A stretch of 64,000 nucleotides of DNA, from NCBI GenBank assembly GCA_903866825.1, contig CAIPPE010000303.1, positions 1,663-65,662 of the forward strand, written 5' to 3'. This DNA comes from an uncultured Methylococcaceae bacterium (lineage in GTDB: Bacteria > Pseudomonadota > Gammaproteobacteria > Methylococcales > Methylomonadaceae). Under the pieces are notes generated by a model. It worked only from the letters and a program-made list of their open reading frames with translations. It was not told the origin of the DNA and searched no databases. This document shows positions 37,559 to 49,104 of the stretch, piece after piece (position 1 is the stretch's first letter; every line of letters begins with the position of its first letter). The position numbers and the translations under genes were made by a program.

Positions 37559-40500
37559 ATGAAGTTGGAGAAGATTAAACTTTCGGGCTTTAAATCATTT
37601 GTTGATCCGACAGTCATCCCCATACACGGAAACCTAACCGCTATAGTGGGTCCCAATGGTTGCGGTAAATCCAATATTATTGATGCCGTGCGTTGGGTTA
37701 TGGGCGAAAGCTCTGCCAAACACTTACGCGGTGGTAACATGGCTGATGTCATCTTTAATGGCTCATCCGGTAGAAAACCCGTCAGCACTGCCTCTGTAGA
37801 ACTCATCTTTGATAATTCTGCCGGTAAATTAGGTGGCGAATATGCACAATACGATTCCATTGCTATCAAGCGTCAAGTGAGCCGAGATGGTCAATCCTTA
37901 TTTTTGCTTAATGGCTCACGCTGTCGACGTAAAGATATTACTGATTTATTTTTAGGAACCGGTTTAGGTTCAAGAAGCTATGCGATTATAGAACAAGGCA
38001 CCATCTCTCGCATGGTTGAGGCCAAGCCCGATGAGCTCAGAGTACATATTGAAGAAGCTGCGGGTATTTCAAAATACAAAGAGCGGCGTAGCGAAACAGA
38101 AACCCGGATGAAACACACCCGTGAAAATCTCGAACGACTTGATGATTTGCGGGAAGAAGTTGAAAAGCAACTGAAGCATTTACAAAAGCAAGCAGAGAAA
38201 GCAGAGAAATATACGGCGCTGAAAAAACAGGAGCGCCAGTTTAGACTCGAATTATTGGCGATGCGCTGGAATGCGTTTTATCAAACCAGCAAACAACTGG
38301 AAATAAAGCTTCATGAGGTCGCTAACGAACATAACCGTTTATTCGTAGAGGTACGTGACATTGAAAAAGTGGTCGAAATAAAACGCGCAGATCATAAAGC
38401 CCAACAACAGCTGTTTAATAAAGCCCAAGGAGATTATTATACGATCGTTGCTGAAGTAAGTGGTTTACAGCAAGCCATTAAACATCATGAAGTCAGCTAC
38501 GAAGAAACCCTGCATGAAATTAAGCGTACAAAACTTCAGGCCGAGCAATCATTAAATCAGCTAGAGTCTGACTTGCAAACTTTAGAAGAGTTAAAACAAG
38601 CTCTTTTAGAAGCTGAAGAAGACCTCCAGATTGCCGAAGACAAACAGACTGATGTTTTGCAACTTCAACAAGATATCCTTCAACAAAAAGCAGCATGGCA
38701 AGTTCAATGGGAAGATTATCGATTCTTGAGTTCTGAAAACAAAGAACAAGCTGAAGTACATAAGACCAAAATGATCCAGCTAGAAAATCAGCTTCGTCAA
38801 TTACAGATTCGCCAGGATAAATTAAAAAACGAACAAGACGAACTGGCGACCAGTGAATTACAAACAGACCTTGAAACCCTGGATGCAGATATTGAGATTA
38901 TAGGCTTTCAACGAGATGATTTTCAGGCTCAATTAGAACAATTACATCATCAAATTCGTGAACAACGCCAACAGATAAAGCAGTTCCATGACGCTCTTCA
39001 TACTCGTCGTTCAGAGAGCCATAGTATCAAAGGTAAAATAACTTCATTAGAGTTATTGCAACAACATGCAATGGGTAAAGATAATAAGAATTTATCAGCG
39101 TGGCTAGAATCCATGAATCTAGCTGATAACCAACGCCTAGCTGAGTTTTTAGACGTTGATTCTGGATGGGATACTGCTGTTGAAACCGCATTGGGTAATT
39201 ATTTAGAAGCTATTTGCATAGCTAATCCCGAATCTGTTTTTCATGGTTTAGAACGTTTAAATAAGGAATCAGTAACTCTGTTCAATGTTGAAAAGGCCAT
39301 AAAGAATGACTTAGCTGACAGCCAATTCACCTCATCTTTACTACTGAATAAGATTAAAGCACCTTGGGATATTAGCTCCTTATTAGGCGATATTTACTGT
39401 GCCGACACTAATGAAGCCGCCATCGCCTTAGCGGAGGAAATGAGTGCTCACGAGTCCGTTATCACGCCAGAAGGCACTTGGTTTGGCCCGAACTGGTTAA
39501 AGGTAATGCACACCAAAGATAGTAAAGTGGGTGTTTTGCAGCGTGAAAAAGAATTACGGTTGTTGAAAAGCCGTCAAGAAGAATTGGCTCAAGAAATTTA
39601 TAACCTTGAGGATCAATTATCCAGCACTGAGCTTGAGTTAAAAGAGGCTGAAATCTTACGCGAATCTATCCAGCAGCAAGATAATAAGCTGGGTGCGGAA
39701 CTCTCTTCAAAGAGTGCGGAGTTCAGCGCTTACTCGACGCGCTGGGAACATCAGCAACGCCGCCTTGAACAAATTGCGAATGATCTTGAAGAAATAATGC
39801 GTGAAATAAGTGAAAATACCGAGATAATGGCTGAATCCAGATTGTTACAGGAAGAAGCTGAAGCGACATTAGAGCAGCAAGAAGACATCAAGCTAAAACT
39901 TGAAGAGGCTCATCAGCGTTTACAGCTTCAACAGAACAATACCGAACGGGCTGTTAATGAAGCCATGCAGCAAACCTATGCACTAAAAGCAAAAATTGAC
40001 TCCTTACGTAGCTCTGAAAACTCAACCATTAAACAAATTGATCGACTCAAATTCCAACATCAACAGTCTGTTGAGTGGTTAGCTACGCTTGAAAATAAGT
40101 TGCAACAAACACGCTCTCCTCTGGATAATGAAAAAGAACAACTCAAGCAAAAAACCCTCGAAAAAGATAAAATAGAGGTTAATCTAAAAGCACAACGCCA
40201 GTTACAAGAGGCTATTGAAGCTGAAATTACCCGATTATCAGAACAACAGTCTTTCACACAACGAGCGCTAGAAAAACAGAAAGAAGGTCTTGATACAATC
40301 CGGTTTGAGTTGCAAGAATGTAAAGTGCGTCAGCAGACCATTAATGAACAACTTAAAGAAATTGATGCAAACGCTGAGCACGTTTTGAAGACATTACCCG
40401 AACAGGCCGAAGAATTAAACTGGAAAATTAAAGTTGACGAATTAACAAATCAAATTGAGCGCTTAGGGACTATTAACCTGACCGCCATAGAAGAATATAA

Positions 40501-41077
40501 AGCCCAATCAGAGCGCATGAACTTCCTGAATGAACAACATGCTGACTTAATTGAGGCATTGCAAATACTGGATCAGGCGATTAATAAAATTGATAAAGAA
40601 AGTAGGCTGCGTTTTAAAGAAACATTCGATAAAATAAACACCGGATTACAAGAAAAATTCCCAAAGTTATTTGGTGGTGGACAAGCTTATCTGGAATTAA
40701 CCGAGCAAGATTTGTTAGAATCAGGTGTAAACATTATTGCTAGACCTCCTGGAAAGCGAAACAGCTCAATTCATTTGCTATCAGGTGGAGAAAAAGCATT
40801 AACAGCTGTCGCTTTGGTGTTTTCAATTTTTGAACTGAATCCAGCACCTTTCTGCTTATTAGATGAGGTTGATGCCCCACTTGACGATGCGAATGTCGGA
40901 CGGTTTTCAAAAATGGTAGAAGAGATGTCGTCATCTGTACAATTTTTGTATATTTCTCATAATAAAGTCACTATGGAAATTGCAAAACAATTGGCCGGTG
41001 TCACGATGAAAGAACCGGGTGTGTCCCGAATGGTCGCAGTTGATATTGAAGAAGCAGTGAGTCTGGCGGAAATCTAA
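37559..41077 (+). CDS. smc: Chromosome segregation protein SMC
   Basis: N-terminal Walker A GPNGCGKSNIIDA, long coiled coils with a hinge, and C-terminal signature LSGGEKALTAVALVF plus Walker B FCLLDEVDAPLD. Confidence 0.95.
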   Translation: MKLEKIKLSGFKSFVDPTVIPIHGNLTAIVGPNGCGKSNIIDAVRWVMGESSAKHLRGGNMADVIFNGSSGRKPVSTASVELIFDNSAGKLGGEYAQYDSIAIKRQVSRDGQSLFLLNGSRCRRKDITDLFLGTGLGSRSYAIIEQGTISRMVEAKPDELRVHIEEAAGISKYKERRSETETRMKHTRENLERLDDLREEVEKQLKHLQKQAEKAEKYTALKKQERQFRLELLAMRWNAFYQTSKQLEIKLHEVANEHNRLFVEVRDIEKVVEIKRADHKAQQQLFNKAQGDYYTIVAEVSGLQQAIKHHEVSYEETLHEIKRTKLQAEQSLNQLESDLQTLEELKQALLEAEEDLQIAEDKQTDVLQLQQDILQQKAAWQVQWEDYRFLSSENKEQAEVHKTKMIQLENQLRQLQIRQDKLKNEQDELATSELQTDLETLDADIEIIGFQRDDFQAQLEQLHHQIREQRQQIKQFHDALHTRRSESHSIKGKITSLELLQQHAMGKDNKNLSAWLESMNLADNQRLAEFLDVDSGWDTAVETALGNYLEAICIANPESVFHGLERLNKESVTLFNVEKAIKNDLADSQFTSSLLLNKIKAPWDISSLLGDIYCADTNEAAIALAEEMSAHESVITPEGTWFGPNWLKVMHTKDSKVGVLQREKELRLLKSRQEELAQEIYNLEDQLSSTELELKEAEILRESIQQQDNKLGAELSSKSAEFSAYSTRWEHQQRRLEQIANDLEEIMREISENTEIMAESRLLQEEAEATLEQQEDIKLKLEEAHQRLQLQQNNTERAVNEAMQQTYALKAKIDSLRSSENSTIKQIDRLKFQHQQSVEWLATLENKLQQTRSPLDNEKEQLKQKTLEKDKIEVNLKAQRQLQEAIEAEITRLSEQQSFTQRALEKQKEGLDTIRFELQECKVRQQTINEQLKEIDANAEHVLKTLPEQAEELNWKIKVDELTNQIERLGTINLTAIEEYKAQSERMNFLNEQHADLIEALQILDQAINKIDKESRLRFKETFDKINTGLQEKFPKLFGGGQAYLELTEQDLLESGVNIIARPPGKRNSSIHLLSGGEKALTAVALVFSIFELNPAPFCLLDEVDAPLDDANVGRFSKMVEEMSSSVQFLYISHNKVTMEIAKQLAGVTMKEPGVSRMVAVDIEEAVSLAEI

Positions 41078-41742
41078 TGGATAAAGAACTATTAAGAGTT
41101 GTAATTATTGGAACGGGTCTAATAATTGTCATGGGTCTATTGGCTTGGAGTTATTTAAGAAATAGAAAGCTACAAGAAGACGAAGATTTTGATTTTCTAG
41201 GGATTAACAAACCTGGCAAAAGATATGCTTCTAAGGATAATAAATCAACGTCTTTTTCTTTAGAAGACGATGATGTGGGTCCTGTCCACACCCTTCAGCA
41301 AGATGATGATTTTTACGATAGTGATGATGATCTTGAACACTCTCCACGGATATCTGCTCCAGCCATCATCCAGTTTAGCCTTATAGCTAATGCCAATGAG
41401 GGTTTTAATGGGATTGACTTAGTCAATGCCTTTAGCATTGTTGGACTTGAATATGGCAGTTTAAAAATTTATGAACGCCTGGATGCTAAACGATTAGTCG
41501 ATTATGGTGTTGCCAGTATGATTGGAACCGGAATATTTCCTGATGAAGACATAGAATCTTTTTACACACCGGGCTTAGTCTTTTTTATGCAGCCTGGCGT
41601 GCTGGATAATGCCCAAGCTATTTTTGATGACTACATTGAAACCTTACAGCTATTGGCTATAGAATTAGATGGAACTATCCTTGATCATCATAAACGTAAA
41701 CTAACCGATGCCACTATCCAGGCACTTCGCTTAAGTTTATAA
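41077..41742 (+). CDS. zipA: Cell division protein ZipA (short form)
   Basis: N-terminal TM anchor, acidic linker and a C-terminal FtsZ-binding-type domain. smc-zipA-ligA synteny. Confidence 0.7.
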   Translation: MDKELLRVVIIGTGLIIVMGLLAWSYLRNRKLQEDEDFDFLGINKPGKRYASKDNKSTSFSLEDDDVGPVHTLQQDDDFYDSDDDLEHSPRISAPAIIQFSLIANANEGFNGIDLVNAFSIVGLEYGSLKIYERLDAKRLVDYGVASMIGTGIFPDEDIESFYTPGLVFFMQPGVLDNAQAIFDDYIETLQLLAIELDGTILDHHKRKLTDATIQALRLSL

Positions 41743-43833
<2,091 letters not shown>

Positions 43834-43854
43834 CGTTCCCTGCTGATAAAAGCC

Positions 43855-45189
43855 CTATTTCTTAAACAACGCGATAGACTCAACATGCCCTGTCTGAGGA
43901 AACATATCCATCACCCCGGCTTTAACCAGTTTATAGCCTAGCTCATTCACAAGAATCCCGGCATCACGGGCCAATGTTGATGGATTACAGGAAACATAAA
44001 CAATTTGCTCAGGCTGCCACTTTTTAAAATACTTTAAAACCTCAGAGGCCCCTGCTCTAGAAGGGTCTAACATGATTTTGTTATATTTCCGATTAGCCCA
44101 GGGTTGATCACTGATATCTTTACTTAAGTCAGCCGCGTAAAACTCAACATTGCTGATATTGTTGTAGCGCGCATTTTCTTTAGCATGATTAACCAGCGGT
44201 TGATCGCCTTCAATACCCACCACGAGTCCGGCAAACTTTGCCATGGGCAAGGTAAAGTTACCTAAGCCACAAAACAAATCCAGAACGGTATCATTTTCAT
44301 TTAAATCCAAAGTTTCCAAGACCCGGTTAATCATTTGTTTGTTAATTTCGTAATTAACCTGAGTAAACATAGCCGGTCTAAATTTAAACTCAATACCTTG
44401 GTCAGGTAAAGCGTACATCGGAATCACTTCAGGTTCACCGTTTAAAGGCACAATCGTGTCCGGGCCTTTAGATTGCACACATAAACTCATGTTATGTTGC
44501 TGCCCAAAAAGACGCATCTTCTCTTGATCTTCTGCCGTCTCCGGTTCAAGGACACGAAAAGACAATACACACTGCTTATCACCAATGGCGACTTCTATTT
44601 GAGGAATTTTGTCTCGAATAGATAAACCTGCGATCATTTCACCCAATGCTACCAGCTTGGTACCGACAATAGGATGCATCACCACACAACTATCGATTTC
44701 AGCCAAATAAGGATGCCGTCTTTCTCTAAAACCAACTAATACCCGGTTTTTCTTCTCAACATATTTAACACCCATACGGGCTTTTCGGCGATACCCCCAA
44801 TGTGGCCCCTCCAAAGGTTGCCAGAGCTCAGGTATCTCTACTTTACCAATACGTTTAAACTGCTCGTTAAGTAATTCCTGTTTAATTCTGATTTGCGCTG
44901 CAGATTCAACATGCTGAAAACTACAGCCACCGCAAACACCGTAATGCGGACATAACGGTTCAGTCCTGTCAGCCGCACGGCTTAACAGATTAACCACTTT
45001 TCCTTCTGCGTAATCCTTACGGCTGTCTGTATAGACAAACTCGACTTCTTCACCCGGCAACGCTTCATCAATGAAAATGACTTTGCCTTCAACATGGGCA
45101 ACACCACGACCATCATGTGCAAGCGACTCGATGGTCACTTTAACGGGCGTTTCAGGGAGTTGTTTTTTTCTTGGTCTTCTTTTTGACAT
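43855..45189 (-). CDS. rlmD: 23S rRNA (uracil1939-C5)-methyltransferase
   Basis: TRAM domain, Fe-S cysteines CPHYGVCGGC, and SAM motif DLFCGLGNF. Confidence 0.9.
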   Translation of the reverse strand: MSKRRPRKKQLPETPVKVTIESLAHDGRGVAHVEGKVIFIDEALPGEEVEFVYTDSRKDYAEGKVVNLLSRAADRTEPLCPHYGVCGGCSFQHVESAAQIRIKQELLNEQFKRIGKVEIPELWQPLEGPHWGYRRKARMGVKYVEKKNRVLVGFRERRHPYLAEIDSCVVMHPIVGTKLVALGEMIAGLSIRDKIPQIEVAIGDKQCVLSFRVLEPETAEDQEKMRLFGQQHNMSLCVQSKGPDTIVPLNGEPEVIPMYALPDQGIEFKFRPAMFTQVNYEINKQMINRVLETLDLNENDTVLDLFCGLGNFTLPMAKFAGLVVGIEGDQPLVNHAKENARYNNISNVEFYAADLSKDISDQPWANRKYNKIMLDPSRAGASEVLKYFKKWQPEQIVYVSCNPSTLARDAGILVNELGYKLVKAGVMDMFPQTGHVESIALFKK

Positions 45190-45221
45190 GCAATCGATAT
45201 TATTTAATTTATAGAGAATGA

Positions 45222-46121
45222 TTAAGCCGGGAATATGCCCGTAGATAAGTAGCGATCGCCTCGATCACAGATAATGACCACGATGATCGAATTTTCGACT
45301 TCTTCAGATAGTTTTAAGGCAGCAGCCACCGCACCGCCCGAGGAAACGCCTGCAAAGATACCCTCTTCTGACGCTAATGCTCGCGTGGTGTTTTCTGCGG
45401 TCAATTGATTAATATCAATAATTCTATCAACTCGCTCGGGCTGATAAATTTTAGGCAGATATTCCTTGGGCCAACGTCTGATGCCAGGAATTTTAGAGTC
45501 ACCTTCCGGCTGAACACCGACAATTTGAATCGCGGGGTTCTGTTCTTTGAGATATCTTGAGGTGCCCATAATAGTCCCCGTGGTTCCCATTGAGCTAACA
45601 AAATGAGTGACCTTTCCATGAGTATCCTCCCATATTTCTGGCCCCGTACTTTCGTAGTGGGCCAGTGGGTTGTCAGGATTACCAAATTGATCCAGTATGC
45701 GACCTTGTCCAGCAGCTTCCATTTCTCTGGCCAAATCAATCGCCGCCTCCATGCTACCAGAAGCAGGCGTAAGAATAATCTCAGCACCGTAGGCTTTCAT
45801 TGATGCCTTTCGCTCATCACTCATATTATCAGGCATGATCAAAGTCATTTTATAGCCTTTAATAGCCGCAACCATGGCTAAAGCAATGCCTGTGTTACCA
45901 CTAGTAGCTTCTATTAAGCGATCACCCGGCTTGATCTCACCTCTAGCCTCAGCGTGTTTAATCATACTCAGTGCTGGCAAGTCTTTAACCGAACCGGCTG
46001 GATTATTGCCCTCCATCTTGGCCAGGATAACATTACTGGTATTACCGGGTAAGCGTTGCAGCCTGGCTAACGGTGCGTTACGTACGAAAGATTCAATCGT
46101 TGGGAAAGTCATGGTAGTCAA
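45222..46121 (-). CDS. cysM: Cysteine synthase B
   Basis: Close colinear match to CysM (EGNNPAGSVKD…EATSGNTGIALAM…). Confidence 0.9.
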   Translation of the reverse strand: MTTMTFPTIESFVRNAPLARLQRLPGNTSNVILAKMEGNNPAGSVKDLPALSMIKHAEARGEIKPGDRLIEATSGNTGIALAMVAAIKGYKMTLIMPDNMSDERKASMKAYGAEIILTPASGSMEAAIDLAREMEAAGQGRILDQFGNPDNPLAHYESTGPEIWEDTHGKVTHFVSSMGTTGTIMGTSRYLKEQNPAIQIVGVQPEGDSKIPGIRRWPKEYLPKIYQPERVDRIIDINQLTAENTTRALASEEGIFAGVSSGGAVAAALKLSEEVENSIIVVIICDRGDRYLSTGIFPA

Positions 46122-46174
46122 TCCATTTTAGTAGTGATGGCTTGGATTATCCCATAAAAACAAAAAACAGCACA

Positions 46175-47839
46175 CTACCAAAGTGACCAGGCTGAATAGT
46201 GAATTACATAAGCCGATAACAGTAAGTTAGTGACTGAATGAGCGATAACTGCATCCATCACTCGATTTCTATAAAGACGAATCAAGCCAAACGAGACACC
46301 TGATAGAGTCGCTGCAACCCAGTCAGAATGGAGAAGTCCAAAACCAACTGAGGTAACTGATAGTACAGTGATTGTCTTAATACCTGCGCCATATTTGCCA
46401 AGATAGGTTTCTAGAAAATATCCCAGCTCATCAAACAAATAGCCTCTGAAAGCCAACTCTTCGGCAAGCGGGACAATTACCCCGGCACCTAAAACTCTAA
46501 AGCTTACCCAAAGCAATACACCCCATTCAGGAACAGAAAACAATTTAGTTGCAAAGAAACTGGATTTTGCTTTGTCTACCGGAACCAAACTTATCCAGAT
46601 TATAAAAGTGATGACACCCAGAGCGATAGGTAACAATGGTTGTTTTGAAAACTTCAGATTTAAATGTGGCCACCAAGACCACAAAAGAATTCCAACTATT
46701 ATTACTTTAAATGGATAGACCCACTCAAAACCTGGACTTAATAGCAGGGAGAAAAGTGAGGCAAACATGAGTAAAACTTGCGGCACTAGTTGAACTTTGT
46801 TTTTTGAGAAATCAAAAGTAAAGTCCGTTGAAACCTTCGAAAAGAAGGCTGATTTATTGACGAGCAACAAACTTAAACCCAATACAATCAATAATTCAAC
46901 CCACCCAGCAGCACTATGAAACCCTATGATTGCCATATCTGATGAGATTTTTTCACCAATAATCATCAAAACAGCAATGCGTAAGCTATTTAAGATAAAT
47001 AGCAGCAAAATTATTACGGGGTAGACCAATAGTATATGAGGAAAATTTAATCGTTGCCGATTAAAGAAAAAATACGATGATAAGACTACCAGGCAAATTA
47101 TCACACCTTCATAACCCAAACAGACAGGCTCTACCTCAACTGCAAAATTACCTAAGGTAATCTGGTAAATTGCTAAATTCGTTGTGGTAACAAAACCCAT
47201 CAAATTTAGAATAGTCACTACCAACCATGCCGTCGGGGGGAAAAGTAAATTGTGAAAATACTCCTCAAGCACCACGACATTAAGAGCCTCAATGGCTGAT
47301 AAATAAGCAATTGTCCCTATAAAAAGAATCCACAATATAACGCTCTTTAGGTTCTTTCCAAGGTAACCGAACCAAAATGCTTTAGGGGCAACAATTAAAA
47401 ATGTTGCTATCGAATAAACAAGACCCGAAACAACATAAGCCAAAAGAAAACTGGGAGAACTGGGACTAGTACCAAAAAGACAGTACGCATTCGGGTTGCT
47501 GTTCAAAAAAGCCATGACTAGCAGCGAAACAATATGAGCCCCAAATAAAAAAGATTTCTTTAATAGGGATTTCGGTAATCGCTGAAAAGTATTTAAGTCT
47601 GAAAAAAGCTTTTTGCCATGAAAAAGAATCCAAACCATTCCGCCAAACAGACTGTACTTAACAAAATTACGGATCGATAGAAGAATCCAATCGGCTTTGA
47701 CTATCGAAGGGGTAGTCAGATCAGAACAGGGCTTTAGAAAAATAAGCTCATAAAAATTACGATATAAAGTATATTCAAGCGCAAGAACACACAATACCAA
47801 TAATGCTAATTGCCAATAAGAAAGCCGCTTGAGTAACAA
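46175..47839 (-). CDS. Exosortase fused to a CPBP (CAAX-type) intramembrane protease (exosortase E-like, VPEID-CTERM system)
   Basis: Exosortase motifs VEPVCLGYEG (Cys), NSLRIAVLM (Arg) and IGFHSAAGWVE (His). C-terminal CPBP motifs AEELAFRGYL, GLLHS and AHSVTNLL. Adjacent VPEID-CTERM ORF. Confidence 0.8.
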   Translation of the reverse strand: MLLKRLSYWQLALLVLCVLALEYTLYRNFYELIFLKPCSDLTTPSIVKADWILLSIRNFVKYSLFGGMVWILFHGKKLFSDLNTFQRLPKSLLKKSFLFGAHIVSLLVMAFLNSNPNAYCLFGTSPSSPSFLLAYVVSGLVYSIATFLIVAPKAFWFGYLGKNLKSVILWILFIGTIAYLSAIEALNVVVLEEYFHNLLFPPTAWLVVTILNLMGFVTTTNLAIYQITLGNFAVEVEPVCLGYEGVIICLVVLSSYFFFNRQRLNFPHILLVYPVIILLLFILNSLRIAVLMIIGEKISSDMAIIGFHSAAGWVELLIVLGLSLLLVNKSAFFSKVSTDFTFDFSKNKVQLVPQVLLMFASLFSLLLSPGFEWVYPFKVIIVGILLWSWWPHLNLKFSKQPLLPIALGVITFIIWISLVPVDKAKSSFFATKLFSVPEWGVLLWVSFRVLGAGVIVPLAEELAFRGYLFDELGYFLETYLGKYGAGIKTITVLSVTSVGFGLLHSDWVAATLSGVSFGLIRLYRNRVMDAVIAHSVTNLLLSAYVIHYSAWSLW

Positions 47840-47928
47840 TGATAATACCCGTTAGTATAACCAAACAACTTTGTAGGTTGGTGCTCTTAACACCAACCCA
47901 GGATAAAATAATTCTGTGGGGGACTAGC

Positions 47929-48078
47929 TTATTTGCGCTTCTTTTTAAGCAGTAAACCTAAACCACCCACCATAGCAATAACTTGAAGCGACAAAGAACC
48001 ATCAATTTCTGGAACTGGAGTCGCGAAAGCTAAGCTTGAAATAGAAAAAATGGCTAAGGTTATAAGTACGTTTTTCAT
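47929..48078 (-). CDS. 49-aa VPEID-CTERM peptide (signal peptide plus sorting signal only); absent from the ORF track
   Basis: The reverse strand translates to MKNVLITLAIFSISSLAFATPVPEIDGSLSLQVIAMVGGLGLLLKKKRK*. This is a signal peptide, a VPEID motif, a TM helix and a basic tail, 90 nt upstream of the exosortase gene. No obvious Shine-Dalgarno sequence. Confidence 0.7.
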   Translation of the reverse strand: MKNVLITLAIFSISSLAFATPVPEIDGSLSLQVIAMVGGLGLLLKKKRK

Positions 48079-48271
48079 TTTAAATTATGAAGATATGTGT
48101 CAATTGCAAAGAGTGATCATTATATCACCCGCTCATTAAATACAACTGTTTTCTTTTAAGTATTTAAGCACTGTCCTTTCTTAGGATCGGAGATTCGTTG
48201 AATGATTGCAACATCCAGCACCGAGTATTCAGTGCCGGGTGTTGCAGAGGGTCAAGCGGATAAATTGAGAT

Positions 48272-48883
48272 TTATAACACTGTGATTGACACTATTTGAC
48301 TAAAAGCCAGAAGCCCCGCTGGTGTAATCGCTGCGACTCTAAATTTATAAGTCACCCCTTTAATCAAGCCTGTGATGATGATATGAGCCTGGGTACTGGC
48401 ATAAATGGTCCAGCCAGTTTCCGATTCAGGCACATCATTAGCACAACCTTCCCATAGATATCCCCCGGCAGTAAGCGTTGTTTGGGTGTCTAGCCTGATA
48501 GTGCCCGAAAAATCGGTGTAGCTAGCAGTGAGCTGTTCTTTGGTGGGGACTGTAGGCTGTTTAGATATGCCAAAGCCGCTACTTAGTATAGTGGTTTCAT
48601 CCCCATCTGCGATTCTATCAACATATTTCGCAAGTAGAATGAATTTTGCATTTACAACCCTTTCACAATCATTCCTGGCAGAAACAAAGGTGTGTCCTCC
48701 GTCTTTAGCAGCGATGATAGCGGCCTCAAAAGCAGTTAATGCATTTGATGCGTCAGTAAAAGAAACATCGGGGTTGGAAAAGACCGGATTATTTGACATC
48801 CTGGCTAATACATTCCGACAGTATGCAGCTTTAGCAGAGATTGGAAGCTCCGTAAAACTGGTTACGACCTTTAATTTTCTCAT
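48272..48883 (-). CDS. FN3-like protein with helical N-domain (paralogue of 15175-15789)
   Basis: Colinear similarity to the 15.2-kb copy across the full length. No signal peptide. Confidence 0.7.
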   Translation of the reverse strand: MRKLKVVTSFTELPISAKAAYCRNVLARMSNNPVFSNPDVSFTDASNALTAFEAAIIAAKDGGHTFVSARNDCERVVNAKFILLAKYVDRIADGDETTILSSGFGISKQPTVPTKEQLTASYTDFSGTIRLDTQTTLTAGGYLWEGCANDVPESETGWTIYASTQAHIIITGLIKGVTYKFRVAAITPAGLLAFSQIVSITVL

Positions 48884-49104
48884 AATATTTCCTTTATTAT
48901 AATCAATAAGTTAATGACGTGAGTTTAATATTACGCCATTGATTGGGCTGAAAATATTATCTTAGCCAATACGAAACTAATCTTTGATGTATTCATAAAA
49001 TCCCTTATTAAATTACCTGGGATCACTATAAACCTATAATTACACAATAAATAGGAAAATTTAATTTATATCTATATGAGCGTATCTGGACTGATTTTTA
49101 GACT

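Noticed and set aside
37495-37869. 124-aa minus-strand ORF across the smc start
   Set aside because: It is antisense to the conserved SMC Walker A region and is not protein-like.
45401-45787. 128-aa minus-strand ORF inside cysM, and plus-strand ORFs 45603-45803 and 45874-46131
   Set aside because: These are out-of-frame or antisense overlaps of a clearly identified cysM, with no independent support.
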